Of a DNA stretch of 64,000 bases, positions 45,546 through 55,576 are shown in pieces. Each line of letters begins with the position of its first letter. Positions within the stretch are counted from its first letter, which is position 1. The translations under genes were made by a program, and so were the position numbers. The stretch comes from an uncultured Methanosarcinaceae archaeon. Lineage in GTDB: Archaea > Halobacteriota > Methanosarcinia > Methanosarcinales > Methanosarcinaceae. The stretch covers positions 160,001-224,000 of the forward strand of contig CAVTET010000005.1 in assembly GCA_963733675.1 (NCBI GenBank), given 5' to 3'. The notes beneath the pieces were generated by a model, which worked only from the letters and a program-made list of their open reading frames with translations, ran no database searches and had not been told where the DNA came from.

Positions 45546-47147
45546 TTGGGTTTGCTTTCAGTCCATGCACTTGATTCTAATTTGCTAATTTCAGACCCAG
45601 TTAGTGTATTATCTTCGCAATCTCAACTTATTGATAGGTTTATCAGACATGAGTTTACTGTTTTGATTCCAACTCAAAACGAGGAAGCTTCCATTGGAAG
45701 CAAAGTCTTACTAGCGGCAAGTTATGCTGACCGTGTACTCATACTTGATAAAGGCTCTACCGATAGGACTGTGGAAGTAGCGGCTCTAGGAGGAGCAAGA
45801 GTTGTTCCTCTAGCAGGCGGAGAGGAAGCATTGCTCCAAGTTCTTTACAAGTCATCCATTGATTCTGATATTGTGGTCCTTATTTATCCGGAATGCATGC
45901 AGGATATAGATCTTCTCTCACACATTCTTGAACCATTAAAGAAAGGTTTTGATTTGTCTGTAGGCTCCTGGCCCTGCCATGTCTCCTGTGAGCAAGAAAC
46001 AGTGATGCTTCTTAATGGGAAAAATACTTTTAAGGAGAATATAGGTTTCTTTGCCGTAACCGCAGATTCACTGCAGAAAATAAATTTAGGTAAAGAGCAT
46101 TTGTCTTTAAAATCCCTGCTATATGCAGCGAAGACCGAAAAGCTTAGAGTAAATTACCTGAGCTTCGATGTTGATCCTATATTCAGAAAGCTTGAAAACA
46201 CACGAATAGGAGTGGTAGTGCCTGCTTATAATGAAGAATTGCTCATAGGTGAGACTCTTAGAGGGATGCCTGAATATGTAGATAGGATCTATGTAATTGA
46301 TGATGGTAGTATAGATCGCACCGGTGAGGTTGTAAAAAAGCTCGGAGATCCAAGGATAGTATACCTCCGACATGAGTTTAACAAAGGCGTAGGTGCAGGA
46401 ATAATAGATGGGTATAAACTTGCCATGAAAGATGAGATGGATATCGTTGCTGTTATGGCCGGAGACAATCAAATGGATCCTGCTCAGCTACCCAGGTTAA
46501 TTTTCCCAATAATTGAGGGAAAAGCTGATTATACAAAGGGTAACAGGCTACTATCCGATGATTTTATGATCGGAATGAGCAAATGGAGATCTTTTGGTAA
46601 CATTCTTCTTAGCTTCATCACAAAAATAGGCAGTGGTTACTGGCAGGTTATGGACCCACAGAATGGATATACAGCTATTTCCAGGCAGGCCCTGGAGGTT
46701 ATAGATCTGGATTCAGTTTATCCTTATTATGGTTATTGTAACGATTTGTTAATTAAGCTTAATGCCTTTGGAATGAGAGTAATGGATGTGGTAATACCCG
46801 CCCGTTACGGCAGAGAAAAATCAAAGATCCGTTACGGCAAGTATATTCAAAAAGTAGCTCCAATGATTTTTAGGGGCTTTCTATGGAGGTTAAGAATAAA
46901 ATATACTGTGCTAGATTTCCATCCTTTGGTATTATTCTACTTCATTGGAATGATTTCCCTACCTGTAGGTGTTCTTTTAGGGCTATGGGGTTTTCTGCAG
47001 ATGCTATTGCATAATTCCCTGCCTCCCTACTCCCCTCTCCTTGAATTCCTTATACTAGGTGCAGGACTTCAGATGATTCTTTTCGGGATGCTTTTTGACA
47101 TGCAGACTGAAAAGAAAAGGAATGAGAGGGTGGGACTTACTCGTTAA
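45546..47147 (+). CDS. Glycosyltransferase family 2 with a degenerate N-terminal GT2 domain and C-terminal TM helices
   Basis: VLIPTQNEE..DKGSTDRT (degenerate) and VVVPAYNEE..DDGSIDRT..NKGVGA..AGDNQMDP..KGNR..DPQNGY. Confidence 0.88.
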   Translation: MGLLSVHALDSNLLISDPVSVLSSQSQLIDRFIRHEFTVLIPTQNEEASIGSKVLLAASYADRVLILDKGSTDRTVEVAALGGARVVPLAGGEEALLQVLYKSSIDSDIVVLIYPECMQDIDLLSHILEPLKKGFDLSVGSWPCHVSCEQETVMLLNGKNTFKENIGFFAVTADSLQKINLGKEHLSLKSLLYAAKTEKLRVNYLSFDVDPIFRKLENTRIGVVVPAYNEELLIGETLRGMPEYVDRIYVIDDGSIDRTGEVVKKLGDPRIVYLRHEFNKGVGAGIIDGYKLAMKDEMDIVAVMAGDNQMDPAQLPRLIFPIIEGKADYTKGNRLLSDDFMIGMSKWRSFGNILLSFITKIGSGYWQVMDPQNGYTAISRQALEVIDLDSVYPYYGYCNDLLIKLNAFGMRVMDVVIPARYGREKSKIRYGKYIQKVAPMIFRGFLWRLRIKYTVLDFHPLVLFYFIGMISLPVGVLLGLWGFLQMLLHNSLPPYSPLLEFLILGAGLQMILFGMLFDMQTEKKRNERVGLTR

Positions 47148-47522
47148 AATTCGAAAGATTTTCTTCTAGAATTTTTTTCTCAATTTGCTGTCTTAGTTTT
47201 AGATATTGTTTATTAAATCAGAGTTTTATCTCTAAGCTTTAAAATACCCACTCATAAAAAGACTCTCATATCTCTATATAGGCATATATGGGCATAATAT
47301 ATCTTTATTATGTTATAGCTATATAATTTTAGATATATATAACAAAATTATACATCTATATAACTTAACAACTTGTTTATTATTCAAACTATAGTCCTCC
47401 TACAAATATTTGTCTAAATATAGGCTAACTACTGAATAGAAATTAAGACAATAAATAATATAAACTATAATTTTCAGTTTTCTTTAAATGTTCCCTGAGG
47501 TTATTGAATTTATAGTGATTTA

Positions 47523-47613
47523 AGAGGGTTTCGATGAACACCTAAAAATCGTCCTATGCTTATAGATTGGATATAAATGACTCGTGAAAATCAGAAGTTT
47601 ATCGAAATTTTCT
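47523..47613. mobile_element. MITE family A
   Basis: AGAGGGTTTCGATGAA ... ATGACTCGTGAAAATCAGAAGTTTATCGAAATTTTCT. Confidence 0.7.
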
Positions 47614-47670
47614 GTAATTATTGTCTCTATTCTCTATGCCTTAAGAGTGATCTTTCTTGAGGATATTCAA

Positions 47671-47916
47671 ATGAGTGCAGATAGCATGAAACACGATCAT
47701 GAGATGAAAAACATGATGGACCACGTTGATGATACATCTAAAAAAGTAAAGGATCAACTATGTGGTAAGAGGATGGATAAAAGCAGTAAAAAATATCCAC
47801 AAGCAAGACAACAAGGTATGATTAAAGATTACATCTCAAGTCAGAGCTTCAATCCTTCCATTAGATGGCAGAATGCCTTATTTTCGGTCAAGTTACAAAT
47901 CTTAATAAATTATTAA
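47671..47916 (+). pseudogene. Possible His/Met-rich, YHS-like metal-binding protein relic
   Basis: MKHDHEMKNMMDH..VKDQLCGKRMD resembles the YHS start KDPVCGM.VD; similarity is lost downstream. Confidence 0.3.
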
Positions 47917-48196
47917 ATAGATAGATTCCATTTTCTAAGAACCCAATTAAACCAACTTTCTGAGGATGTTATACAATATTGTCATATATTCTCTCAATAT
48001 AATATTAACTTAAAAATTAACCTAACTTTTAATGGGTAAGATGGTGGAAATCGGCAAATGAAATTCTACACTGTGTACAACTATATATGAGTGATTGCAA
48101 GTAGTTTATTTATAAATTTCTAAATCTATATATGTGTCTATATATATATATGTGAAATAGATTACTTCTAGTATAACTATCAATAAAAATTATCAC

Positions 48197-49063
48197 TTAA
48201 TCATTATTAAGCGATGGATCTTTTGTTAGCCTTAATCTCTGAAAAATTAGGGTAATAATGTAAAGAAAGAATACTATGCTAGTTATAAAAAAGCTCACGG
48301 GGTAAGGTTCATAGAACGAAATAAAAAGTCCGAGCCACGTCGCTATTAGAGCAATAAATACCGAGATCATTATACCTTGTTTGGGGCGTTTTGCAAATCG
48401 ATGAGCTATCGCTGCTGGTGTAATCATTAATGAGAAAATAAGAAGGACACCAACTACTTGAACGGCGAAAGATGTCGCAACCGCGACCATAAGCATGAAA
48501 ATTATTCCAAGCAAAAGCGTCGGTAATCCTTTTACTTCTGCTACATCTTCATCAAGAGATGAAAATAAAAGTGGCCGATATAAGATCCCGGTCAAAAAAA
48601 GAATTCCCAAGCTGGATATAAATGTCACAATGACATCATTGTTACTAATACCCAATATTTCTCCGAACAAAATAGAGTAGGCTTCGGTTGCATAGCCATG
48701 ATAGAGGCTAATGAACAGAACACCAAGGCCAAGCATGAATGAAAGGACTATTCCAATTTGAGTGTCGCGCGAAGCTGCGCGGCGACCAAGTATTGCTATT
48801 GCTATACCACCCCAGCTCGTGAACAGTAGAAGGCCTATTATAGGGGCGATCCCTAAGAGCACGGCGCCTGCTGCCCCTGCAAAGCCAATATGAGCAAGAG
48901 CATGCGCTGCGAACGATGAGCGACGAAGTACAATAAAGTAACCTACGACTCCTGCGATGATTGCAACTATAGTTCCGACCTCAAAGGCATGCTGCATAAA
49001 TCCGTACTGCCACATCACTTGCAGGTCAGTTAATAAATTAATACTAAATGACATACTAATCAT
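48197..49063 (-). CDS. Zn/Mn ABC transporter permease (ZnuB-like)
   Basis: VGYFIVLRR.SF.AHALAH..FAG, ILFGEILGI, DEDVA..KG, VGVLLIFSLMITPAA. Confidence 0.9.
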   Translation of the reverse strand: MISMSFSINLLTDLQVMWQYGFMQHAFEVGTIVAIIAGVVGYFIVLRRSSFAAHALAHIGFAGAAGAVLLGIAPIIGLLLFTSWGGIAIAILGRRAASRDTQIGIVLSFMLGLGVLFISLYHGYATEAYSILFGEILGISNNDVIVTFISSLGILFLTGILYRPLLFSSLDEDVAEVKGLPTLLLGIIFMLMVAVATSFAVQVVGVLLIFSLMITPAAIAHRFAKRPKQGIMISVFIALIATWLGLFISFYEPYPVSFFITSIVFFLYIITLIFQRLRLTKDPSLNND

Positions 49064-49853
49064 AATGGTGCTGGTTTTCTTCGATACCTATTACTGCGAT
49101 CTGGCCCTGCGAACCATGCAGGACCTCAACCTGTGTTCCATATAAAGCCGATAGAGATTCCGACGTAAGGACTTCGTTAGGCTTGCCGATTGCTATCTTT
49201 CCATTGACTATATAGATAACTTTATCAAGAAAATGTAAGAGTGGATTAATGTTATGAGCTATAAGCAATGCTGTTGCAGTGCGCGCCCGAACTACGTTAT
49301 CGATAAGCTGCCCTAATTCTCGCTCACGCCTAATATCAAGGTTTGACAATGGCTCATCGAGCAACAATAAATTGGGGTTGCTGACCAACGCTTCAGCTAG
49401 AAATACCTGCTGTAATTCTCCGCCTGACAATACACCGAGAGAACGGTGTGCTAGATCTTCTGCTCCAACAGTTTTCAGCACATCTAAAGCGTATTTGCGG
49501 TCTTTTTGGGAAAATGGATTAAAACCCCACCTTTTTCCAGAAAATCCGAGTCTTACCAATTCAAGGGATTCGATGGTCATTTCTGGATCAATTAAGTGTC
49601 TTTGTGGCACGAAACCGATATTTGGATTGCCGCGTTTAGGTGGAGTATTAAATATTTTAATTTTGCCTCGAATAGGTTGCTGCATCCCGAGAAGTAAACG
49701 AAACAGGGTTGTTTTTCCCGATCCATTGGGGCCGATGACCGCCACGAATTCACCGTGGTCTATAGTAAAATTGGCGTCCTGCCAAATGATTTTGTTCTGG
49801 TATCCTGCCGCCAAATTTTCAACTGCAATAATATTAGGATAGTTTGCGTTCAT
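49056..49853 (-). CDS. Zn/Mn ABC transporter ATP-binding protein (ZnuC-like)
   Basis: GPNGSGKTT, GFVPQ, LSGGELQ, LLLLDEP, His-containing tail. Confidence 0.92.
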   Translation of the reverse strand: MNANYPNIIAVENLAAGYQNKIIWQDANFTIDHGEFVAVIGPNGSGKTTLFRLLLGMQQPIRGKIKIFNTPPKRGNPNIGFVPQRHLIDPEMTIESLELVRLGFSGKRWGFNPFSQKDRKYALDVLKTVGAEDLAHRSLGVLSGGELQQVFLAEALVSNPNLLLLDEPLSNLDIRRERELGQLIDNVVRARTATALLIAHNINPLLHFLDKVIYIVNGKIAIGKPNEVLTSESLSALYGTQVEVLHGSQGQIAVIGIEENQHHYD

Positions 49854-49856
49854 TTA

Positions 49857-50804
49857 TTATTTCCTAAGAGCTTTTGCATTTAGCGCATTCTGAAGAAATA
49901 TTAATTCTGAGTTCATCCAATCCTGGAACGAAGCATCTGGCGGCTGTATGGTTTCTGTGATACCAACCAGGGGTATGCCTTCTTCTGTAGCTAGTTTCTT
50001 CATATTATTCGTGATCGGCGTTACCGTTTGCTGGTTATATGCCAGCAAACTCACATTTCCACTCCTAAGCTGTGTCTCAAATTGCACAATGCTCTCAGCT
50101 GATGGGTCGTTCCCTTCGGCAACAGCTTGGGTAAACGCAGAAGGAGAGCTCAGGTCAAGATCTGTAGTGTTTGCTAGGTATACAAAGATATTTTCTGTGG
50201 CTGCTACTTTCGTGCCTCCAAATTGTTGTTTGATCTCAGTGGTCTTATTTTGATATTTTGAAAGCGATAATTGCAAGCTTGCATAATTCTGTTCAAAATA
50301 TGCAGAATTGGTCGGATCGATAGAAATCAGATCTTCTTTCATCTGTTTCACTGTCAAGTTCACATAATCTGGGTTATACCAGAAATGAGGATTATCACCC
50401 TCTTTTTTTCCGAGAAGCTTTGCCACGTTCAAAATTTTACAGTCTGATTTAACACCAGCTCCAATAAGCTTGTTAGCCCAGCTGTCATATCCAGCTCCGT
50501 TAACAACTATGTAGTCTGCCATGGCAAAAGCGCGCGCATTTTCAGTGTTGCTTTCGTATTCATGTGGATCAGCATTGGGATCTGAAACTATGTTCAACAC
50601 TTTTACATGCGTTCCACCAATCTGAGATACCAAGCTGCCCCAAAAATTTTCAGCGGCAACAATTTGTATGTTTTTTGTAGTATTTGTGGCAACGGAATTA
50701 TTATTGGCGCCAAAAGGACTTGAGTGATAATCCGTTATTACGATAGAAGAAACGAGGGCAATAAGGGTCCCCACTCCTATTGCAATATAAGTTGCATATT
50801 TCAT
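49857..50804 (-). CDS. Zn/Mn ABC transporter substrate-binding protein (cluster A-I)
   Basis: IVAAENFWG, ADPHEYE, NGAGYD.W, DNPHFWY, ITET; N-terminal anchor. Confidence 0.9.
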   Translation of the reverse strand: MKYATYIAIGVGTLIALVSSIVITDYHSSPFGANNNSVATNTTKNIQIVAAENFWGSLVSQIGGTHVKVLNIVSDPNADPHEYESNTENARAFAMADYIVVNGAGYDSWANKLIGAGVKSDCKILNVAKLLGKKEGDNPHFWYNPDYVNLTVKQMKEDLISIDPTNSAYFEQNYASLQLSLSKYQNKTTEIKQQFGGTKVAATENIFVYLANTTDLDLSSPSAFTQAVAEGNDPSAESIVQFETQLRSGNVSLLAYNQQTVTPITNNMKKLATEEGIPLVGITETIQPPDASFQDWMNSELIFLQNALNAKALRK

Positions 50805-50923
50805 AATTTTCTACCTAATGGATGTGAATGAATTATCTAGCTGCTCTCAAACTCAGAATTCATGATTTGAATCTCGTATTTTGAGCACATAATAGAGATT
50901 CTGATCATAAAAACAATTATGAA

Positions 50924-51051
50924 GAATCTAGGACTTACACACTTGAGGTATAAAACAAATCGCAATGGATTTTGTGGCTAAAATTATATTTGAATCGTTA
51001 AAAGTTTAATGCTGTTGAGCTTTTCATTTCAACTGCTGAAGTCCTAGATTC
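50924..51051. mobile_element. MITE-like element, family C (128 bp)
   Basis: Perfect 13-bp terminal inverted repeat GAATCTAGGACTT ... AAGTCCTAGATTC; non-coding interior. Confidence 0.65.
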
Positions 51052-51236
51052 CTAATGATTAAGATTAAAATGGGATTTATGGAAATTGAACTGGGCAACT
51101 TCTGCATTAGATATTCAACTGTCTAATGCTCAATAATTCTAGCGACATCATATCTCTTTGATTTTATTTCTCAATTACATAAGTTCCAATAGAATGAGTT
51201 TTGGATGAACTTAGTATGTCACTGCCCATTGATAAA

Positions 51237-51257
51237 TGTTTGGATATCTACCAAACA
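51237..51257. promoter_or_regulatory. Candidate metalloregulator operator
   Basis: TGTTTGG-N7-CCAAACA palindrome upstream of the ABC operon. Confidence 0.4.
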
Positions 51258-51699
51258 ATTTGTACCATATAAAATATAATTAGTTCTATTTATATAATTA
51301 TTTAGATTAAAAAATAAACTAAAAAAATTAACTTAATTGTAAGAAAATATTCAATTTTATTTTCGAAACTCATACCTATATTTATTGACATAGGTACCGT
51401 GAATAATTCCTATTAATAGACCTTATATGCTATTCAAATGTTAAAAAATCATTCTGTAATAACATATTTTTAAATGGAGATTTTCTGTTTCAACTAATAT
51501 CAGGTATTATTCATAAGTTACTGAAAACACCGAATACAATAATTTCTCGACATTTTCCTCGAATTTAGGGATAGTTCTCTTTTTTTCACAATTGATCAAT
51601 AACTCATGGATACTACTTAAAAGAAACATGAGGCTAAATAAACAGATTTGAAAACCTTGCTGATAGAAGGTTTTCATTGATAATGATTAAAATCAAAAA

Positions 51700-51915
51700 T
51701 TAGAGCTTTTTAGTATACTTCCTATACTTTGGTTGACAATCTATGCAGTCAACCGGATGTCCTTCAATTGATTTGAATGGAACTTCTGTCTCAACGTCAC
51801 AATCAGAGCAAACAGCCTGTACATTCTCTAGAATCACTGATTCTGTCCCTAAATCCGGCCATTTCGTTGTCTCTACTACTCCTTCAGTAAGAATTTCTCT
51901 AGTCATCAAACCCAT
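51700..51915 (-). CDS. CxxC-x17-CxxC zinc-ribbon protein
   Basis: AVCSDC..TEVPFK..GHPVDCIDC; GGAGGT RBS before ATG 51915. Confidence 0.75.
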   Translation of the reverse strand: MGLMTREILTEGVVETTKWPDLGTESVILENVQAVCSDCDVETEVPFKSIEGHPVDCIDCQPKYRKYTKKL

Positions 51916-52435
51916 TTTTGTTCTACCTCCATTACAGTGGCTATACAAATATTTATTTATAAAAAGGTGGTAAAATATTTATTATTTAAAAACAAACAAA
52001 GATGGAATTTGGTAATGTCGCAAATTTGCTGTAAAATTCAAAAGTAAGTTTTTGTGTAACGTATATAATTTTGTTCTTCAGGTCTGGAATTTTCTACCAT
52101 ACAACTTCGTTATGATTTTACAGAATAATCAGCACAATACCTAGAGTTTTCGCCAATAGATTATAGATCGCATTATTTTTACTAATTGTACAAACATTTT
52201 TATGTAATATAGATCGACGCATTTGTGGCATAAAATCAGACTCAATTAGCATTATACTTAAATTCATTTTTAAAATAATGATAAATGTACTGATACGGAT
52301 TTATTAAATTTTTAAGACTTGTTATTGAAAAAAGCAAACATAATAATCTCTATGTTTTTTTCTCAAAAATAGGATTTACTAAAATTTGAGGCATATGCAA
52401 AAATTATTAAATATTATATGCATATATACCAAATT

Positions 52436-52869
52436 ATGAAACGTAATGATGGTCTGGAGTTAAGCCCTAAAAAAGTGAATATTTAAAGTATATATTTGAG
52501 AAAGGAGGTATTGTCCGTACAACAGACATATCAGATAATTTTCACCTTGACCCGTCAACGATCACTAAAACTATACAAGAGATGTCCTCTACGGGTTTTA
52601 TAGAATATGTGCCCTATAGGGGCATTAGTCTGACATGCAAGGGTACAGAGTATGCTGAGTTTTTGGTTAGGCGTCACAGGGTTATAGAATTAATGCTATC
52701 TCACTATGGACTTTCTGGGTGTGAAGCTTGTGATGAAGCTTTAAAGTTTGAGGGGTATGTCTCAAAGGACGTGGTTAATAAGATTTGCCGTTCTCTAGGG
52801 CATCCAAGAGTAGGTATTTGCGGTAGAATCAAGCATAATAAAAGCTGTTGTTCTCTTGAAGAAAATTGA
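52436..52869 (+). pseudogene. DtxR/MntR-family metal-dependent regulator with a single frameshift
   Basis: Adding one A at 52469-52474 gives LSPKKSEYLKYI..VRTTDIS..DPSTITKTI..YVPYRGISLT..RRHRVIE..EA.KFE..CG; C-terminal Cys/His. Confidence 0.82.
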
Positions 52870-52917
52870 TTAATAGTTGTCAAATAAAATTAATGAAATA
52901 TTACCCCTAAACCAATA

Positions 52918-53309
52918 AGAAATACCTCGATAAACCTCTTATTTTCACGAGTTATTTACATATTGTTTGTACTCACATGACATAAATGTAGAGTTTACTT
53001 AAATATCCCAAAATAAATTTACGATGTCTGTAGACAAAGTTGAGTCATTTTTCATTATCATAAATCAATGACTTCATGACCTTAAATAATCTTTCGCGAT
53101 ACTATTTTTATTTAATTAATGGTGTAGAATTACGAGATATGGGACTACTGAACTAGCAAATAGTATATAGTAAAAGGTTTCTATATAATTTATAGAGGAT
53201 TTTGAGAAACTTATAATTTTCCCGAATCATTTAATATATAATTTATAATCACATGAAATATATAATTTATAATCACATGACAAAATTTATGAGTTTATAG
53301 AAATATTTT
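52918..53309. mobile_element. Two MITE family A copies (52918-53009, 53194-53309); the second has an internal 24-bp tandem duplication
   Basis: CGATAAACCTCTTATTTTCACGAG..; AGAGGATTTTGAGAAA..; AATATATAATTTATAATCACATGA x2 at 53233-53280. Confidence 0.65.
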
Positions 53310-53519
53310 ATATAACTTTGCAGGTTAGTTTTATATACCGCAAGTTTATATAATTAACCGAAGAATATATGGGGTTACAGTAACTTCAGGCATGTATTAA
53401 TCATGGCATCCGCTTTTTGCCAATCATTTTGTCACTAAGTTTTTTATTTTTTAGAAAGCTTCAAATGTAAATATTGATTAGATAACGTCTATAATAACGT
53501 TAGAATATGTGAGCTAACC

Positions 53520-55574
53520 ATGGTGTATAATAGTAATCAAAAAATGTCCGGTAGGGGTATAACCACATCTGAGTTCAATAATGTTACTGAAGGGAATGAA
53601 TCCAATCAAGTTACCGGAGAATCTGAATCTAATCAGATTAAATCTAAGCCTGATATTAATTATGATATGGATGAAGATGTCGATATCGGCTTTATATTTG
53701 AAAACACTTCTAATATAGATGTCCCTAAACTTCTTATCGACCAGGTGTTAGGACAGGAGCATGCAGTAGAAGTAGTAAAAAAAGCAGCCAGCCAAAGACG
53801 ACACATCATGATGATCGGTACCCCAGGTACAGGGAAATCCCTGCTTGCAAAAGCCATGGCCGAGCTCCTTCCTAAGGAAGAACTCAAGGATATACTTGTA
53901 TATCCTAACATGGAAGACCTGAACAATCCTAAAATCAGAGAAGTTCCTGCTGGGAAAGGCAGAGAAATTGTTATGGCTCATAAGATGGAAGCTAGAAAGA
54001 AAGCCCAGGCCAGAAACATGCTTATGATGCTCTTTGTAGTTGGCATTATAGTTTATTCTTACTTTGTTGCCCAATTGCTCTGGGGCATAATTGCAGGTAT
54101 AATGATCCTCATGTTAACCCGCCAGTTTCTTCCTAAAGAGGAAATGATGATCCCGAAATTGGCAGTTTCTAATTATGATAAAGAGCACGCACCCTATATT
54201 GATGGAACTGGAGCACATGCAGGAGCCCTGCTTGGTGATGTGAGACATGACCCATTCCAGTCCGGAGGACTTGAGACTCCTGCACATGATAGAGTAGAGG
54301 CTGGAGATATCCACAAGGCCCATAAAGGAGTACTCTTCATTGATGAGATCAATACTCTCAGGTTGGAGTCCCAACAGAGTCTACTGACAGCGCTTCAGGA
54401 AAAGGAATATCCGATTACAGGGCAATCCGAGAGGAGTTCAGGGGCTCTTGTTAAAACTGAACCTGTACCCTGTGATTTTATTATGGTTTCTGCAGGGAAC
54501 CTGGATGCAGTTCATAAGATGCACCCTGCGCTCAGGTCGAGAATAAAAGGCTATGGATATGAAGTCTACATGCGTGATTCCATGGAAGATACTTCTGAAA
54601 ATAGGAAGAAAATGGTCCGTTTTGTTGCCCAGGAAGTTGTTCGGGACGGGCATATCCCTCACTTTGACGAAGGTGCAGTAGAAGAAGTAATCAGGGAAGC
54701 CAGAAGGCGGGCAGGTCGAAAAGGCCACCTTACTTTAAAGCTCCGTGATCTTGGAGGACTTGTGCGTGTAGCAGGTGATATTGCCCATTCCGAGGACGCT
54801 TCAATCACAACCTCAGAACATGTGCTTGCGGCAAAAAGGATTGCCAGGTCAATTGAACAGCAGCTTGCAGACAGCTACCTTGAACAGCGCAAGGAGTATG
54901 AATCCTTCCTGAGAAAAGGTTCTGCTGTTGGAAGGGTCAACGGACTTGCAGTTATGGGAGGAGACTCCGGCATTGTCCTACCTATCGTATCCGAAGTTAC
55001 TCCTGCAATTTCTGGAGCTGAAGGACGCATTATCGCAACAGGGAAGCTCAAGACCATTGCAAAGGAAGCGGTGCAGAATGTCTCTGCAGTGATTAAAAAT
55101 ATGACCGGTGCAGATATCTCCAGACATGATGTCCACATCCAGTTCGTAGGAACATATGAAGGTGTGGAAGGAGACAGCGCATCGGTTTCAATTGCTACAG
55201 CCGTCATATCTGCTATTGAAAAGATCCCAGTGGATCAGACTGTGGCAATGACAGGTTCCCTTTCAGTCAGAGGAGATGTCCTGCCTGTAGGTGGAGTGAC
55301 CTATAAGATCGAAGCTGCGGCCCAAGCAGGTATGAAGAAAGTTATTATCCCAAAGGCAAATGAAGCGGATGTTCTTATCGAAAGGGCATACAGAGACAAG
55401 ATTCAAATCATTCCGGTTTCTACCATTGCGGAAGTAATGGAACACAGTCTAGTAGGCCCGAGAAAGAATACAATTATAGAAAAACTCAAGAATATTACCA
55501 AACTCAGTTTCGACATTCCAGAAGTCTCACCCACTTCCGTTCAGGCCAAGAGTCTATTTGGGTGCAGGAACTGA
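53520..55574 (+). CDS. lonB: Archaeal membrane-bound Lon protease
   Basis: GTPGTGKS, TM insertion, HKGVLFIDEI, HPALRSR, GDSAS catalytic Ser, GGVTYKIEAA Lys. Confidence 0.96.
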   Translation: MVYNSNQKMSGRGITTSEFNNVTEGNESNQVTGESESNQIKSKPDINYDMDEDVDIGFIFENTSNIDVPKLLIDQVLGQEHAVEVVKKAASQRRHIMMIGTPGTGKSLLAKAMAELLPKEELKDILVYPNMEDLNNPKIREVPAGKGREIVMAHKMEARKKAQARNMLMMLFVVGIIVYSYFVAQLLWGIIAGIMILMLTRQFLPKEEMMIPKLAVSNYDKEHAPYIDGTGAHAGALLGDVRHDPFQSGGLETPAHDRVEAGDIHKAHKGVLFIDEINTLRLESQQSLLTALQEKEYPITGQSERSSGALVKTEPVPCDFIMVSAGNLDAVHKMHPALRSRIKGYGYEVYMRDSMEDTSENRKKMVRFVAQEVVRDGHIPHFDEGAVEEVIREARRRAGRKGHLTLKLRDLGGLVRVAGDIAHSEDASITTSEHVLAAKRIARSIEQQLADSYLEQRKEYESFLRKGSAVGRVNGLAVMGGDSGIVLPIVSEVTPAISGAEGRIIATGKLKTIAKEAVQNVSAVIKNMTGADISRHDVHIQFVGTYEGVEGDSASVSIATAVISAIEKIPVDQTVAMTGSLSVRGDVLPVGGVTYKIEAAAQAGMKKVIIPKANEADVLIERAYRDKIQIIPVSTIAEVMEHSLVGPRKNTIIEKLKNITKLSFDIPEVSPTSVQAKSLFGCRN

Positions 55575-55576
55575 TC

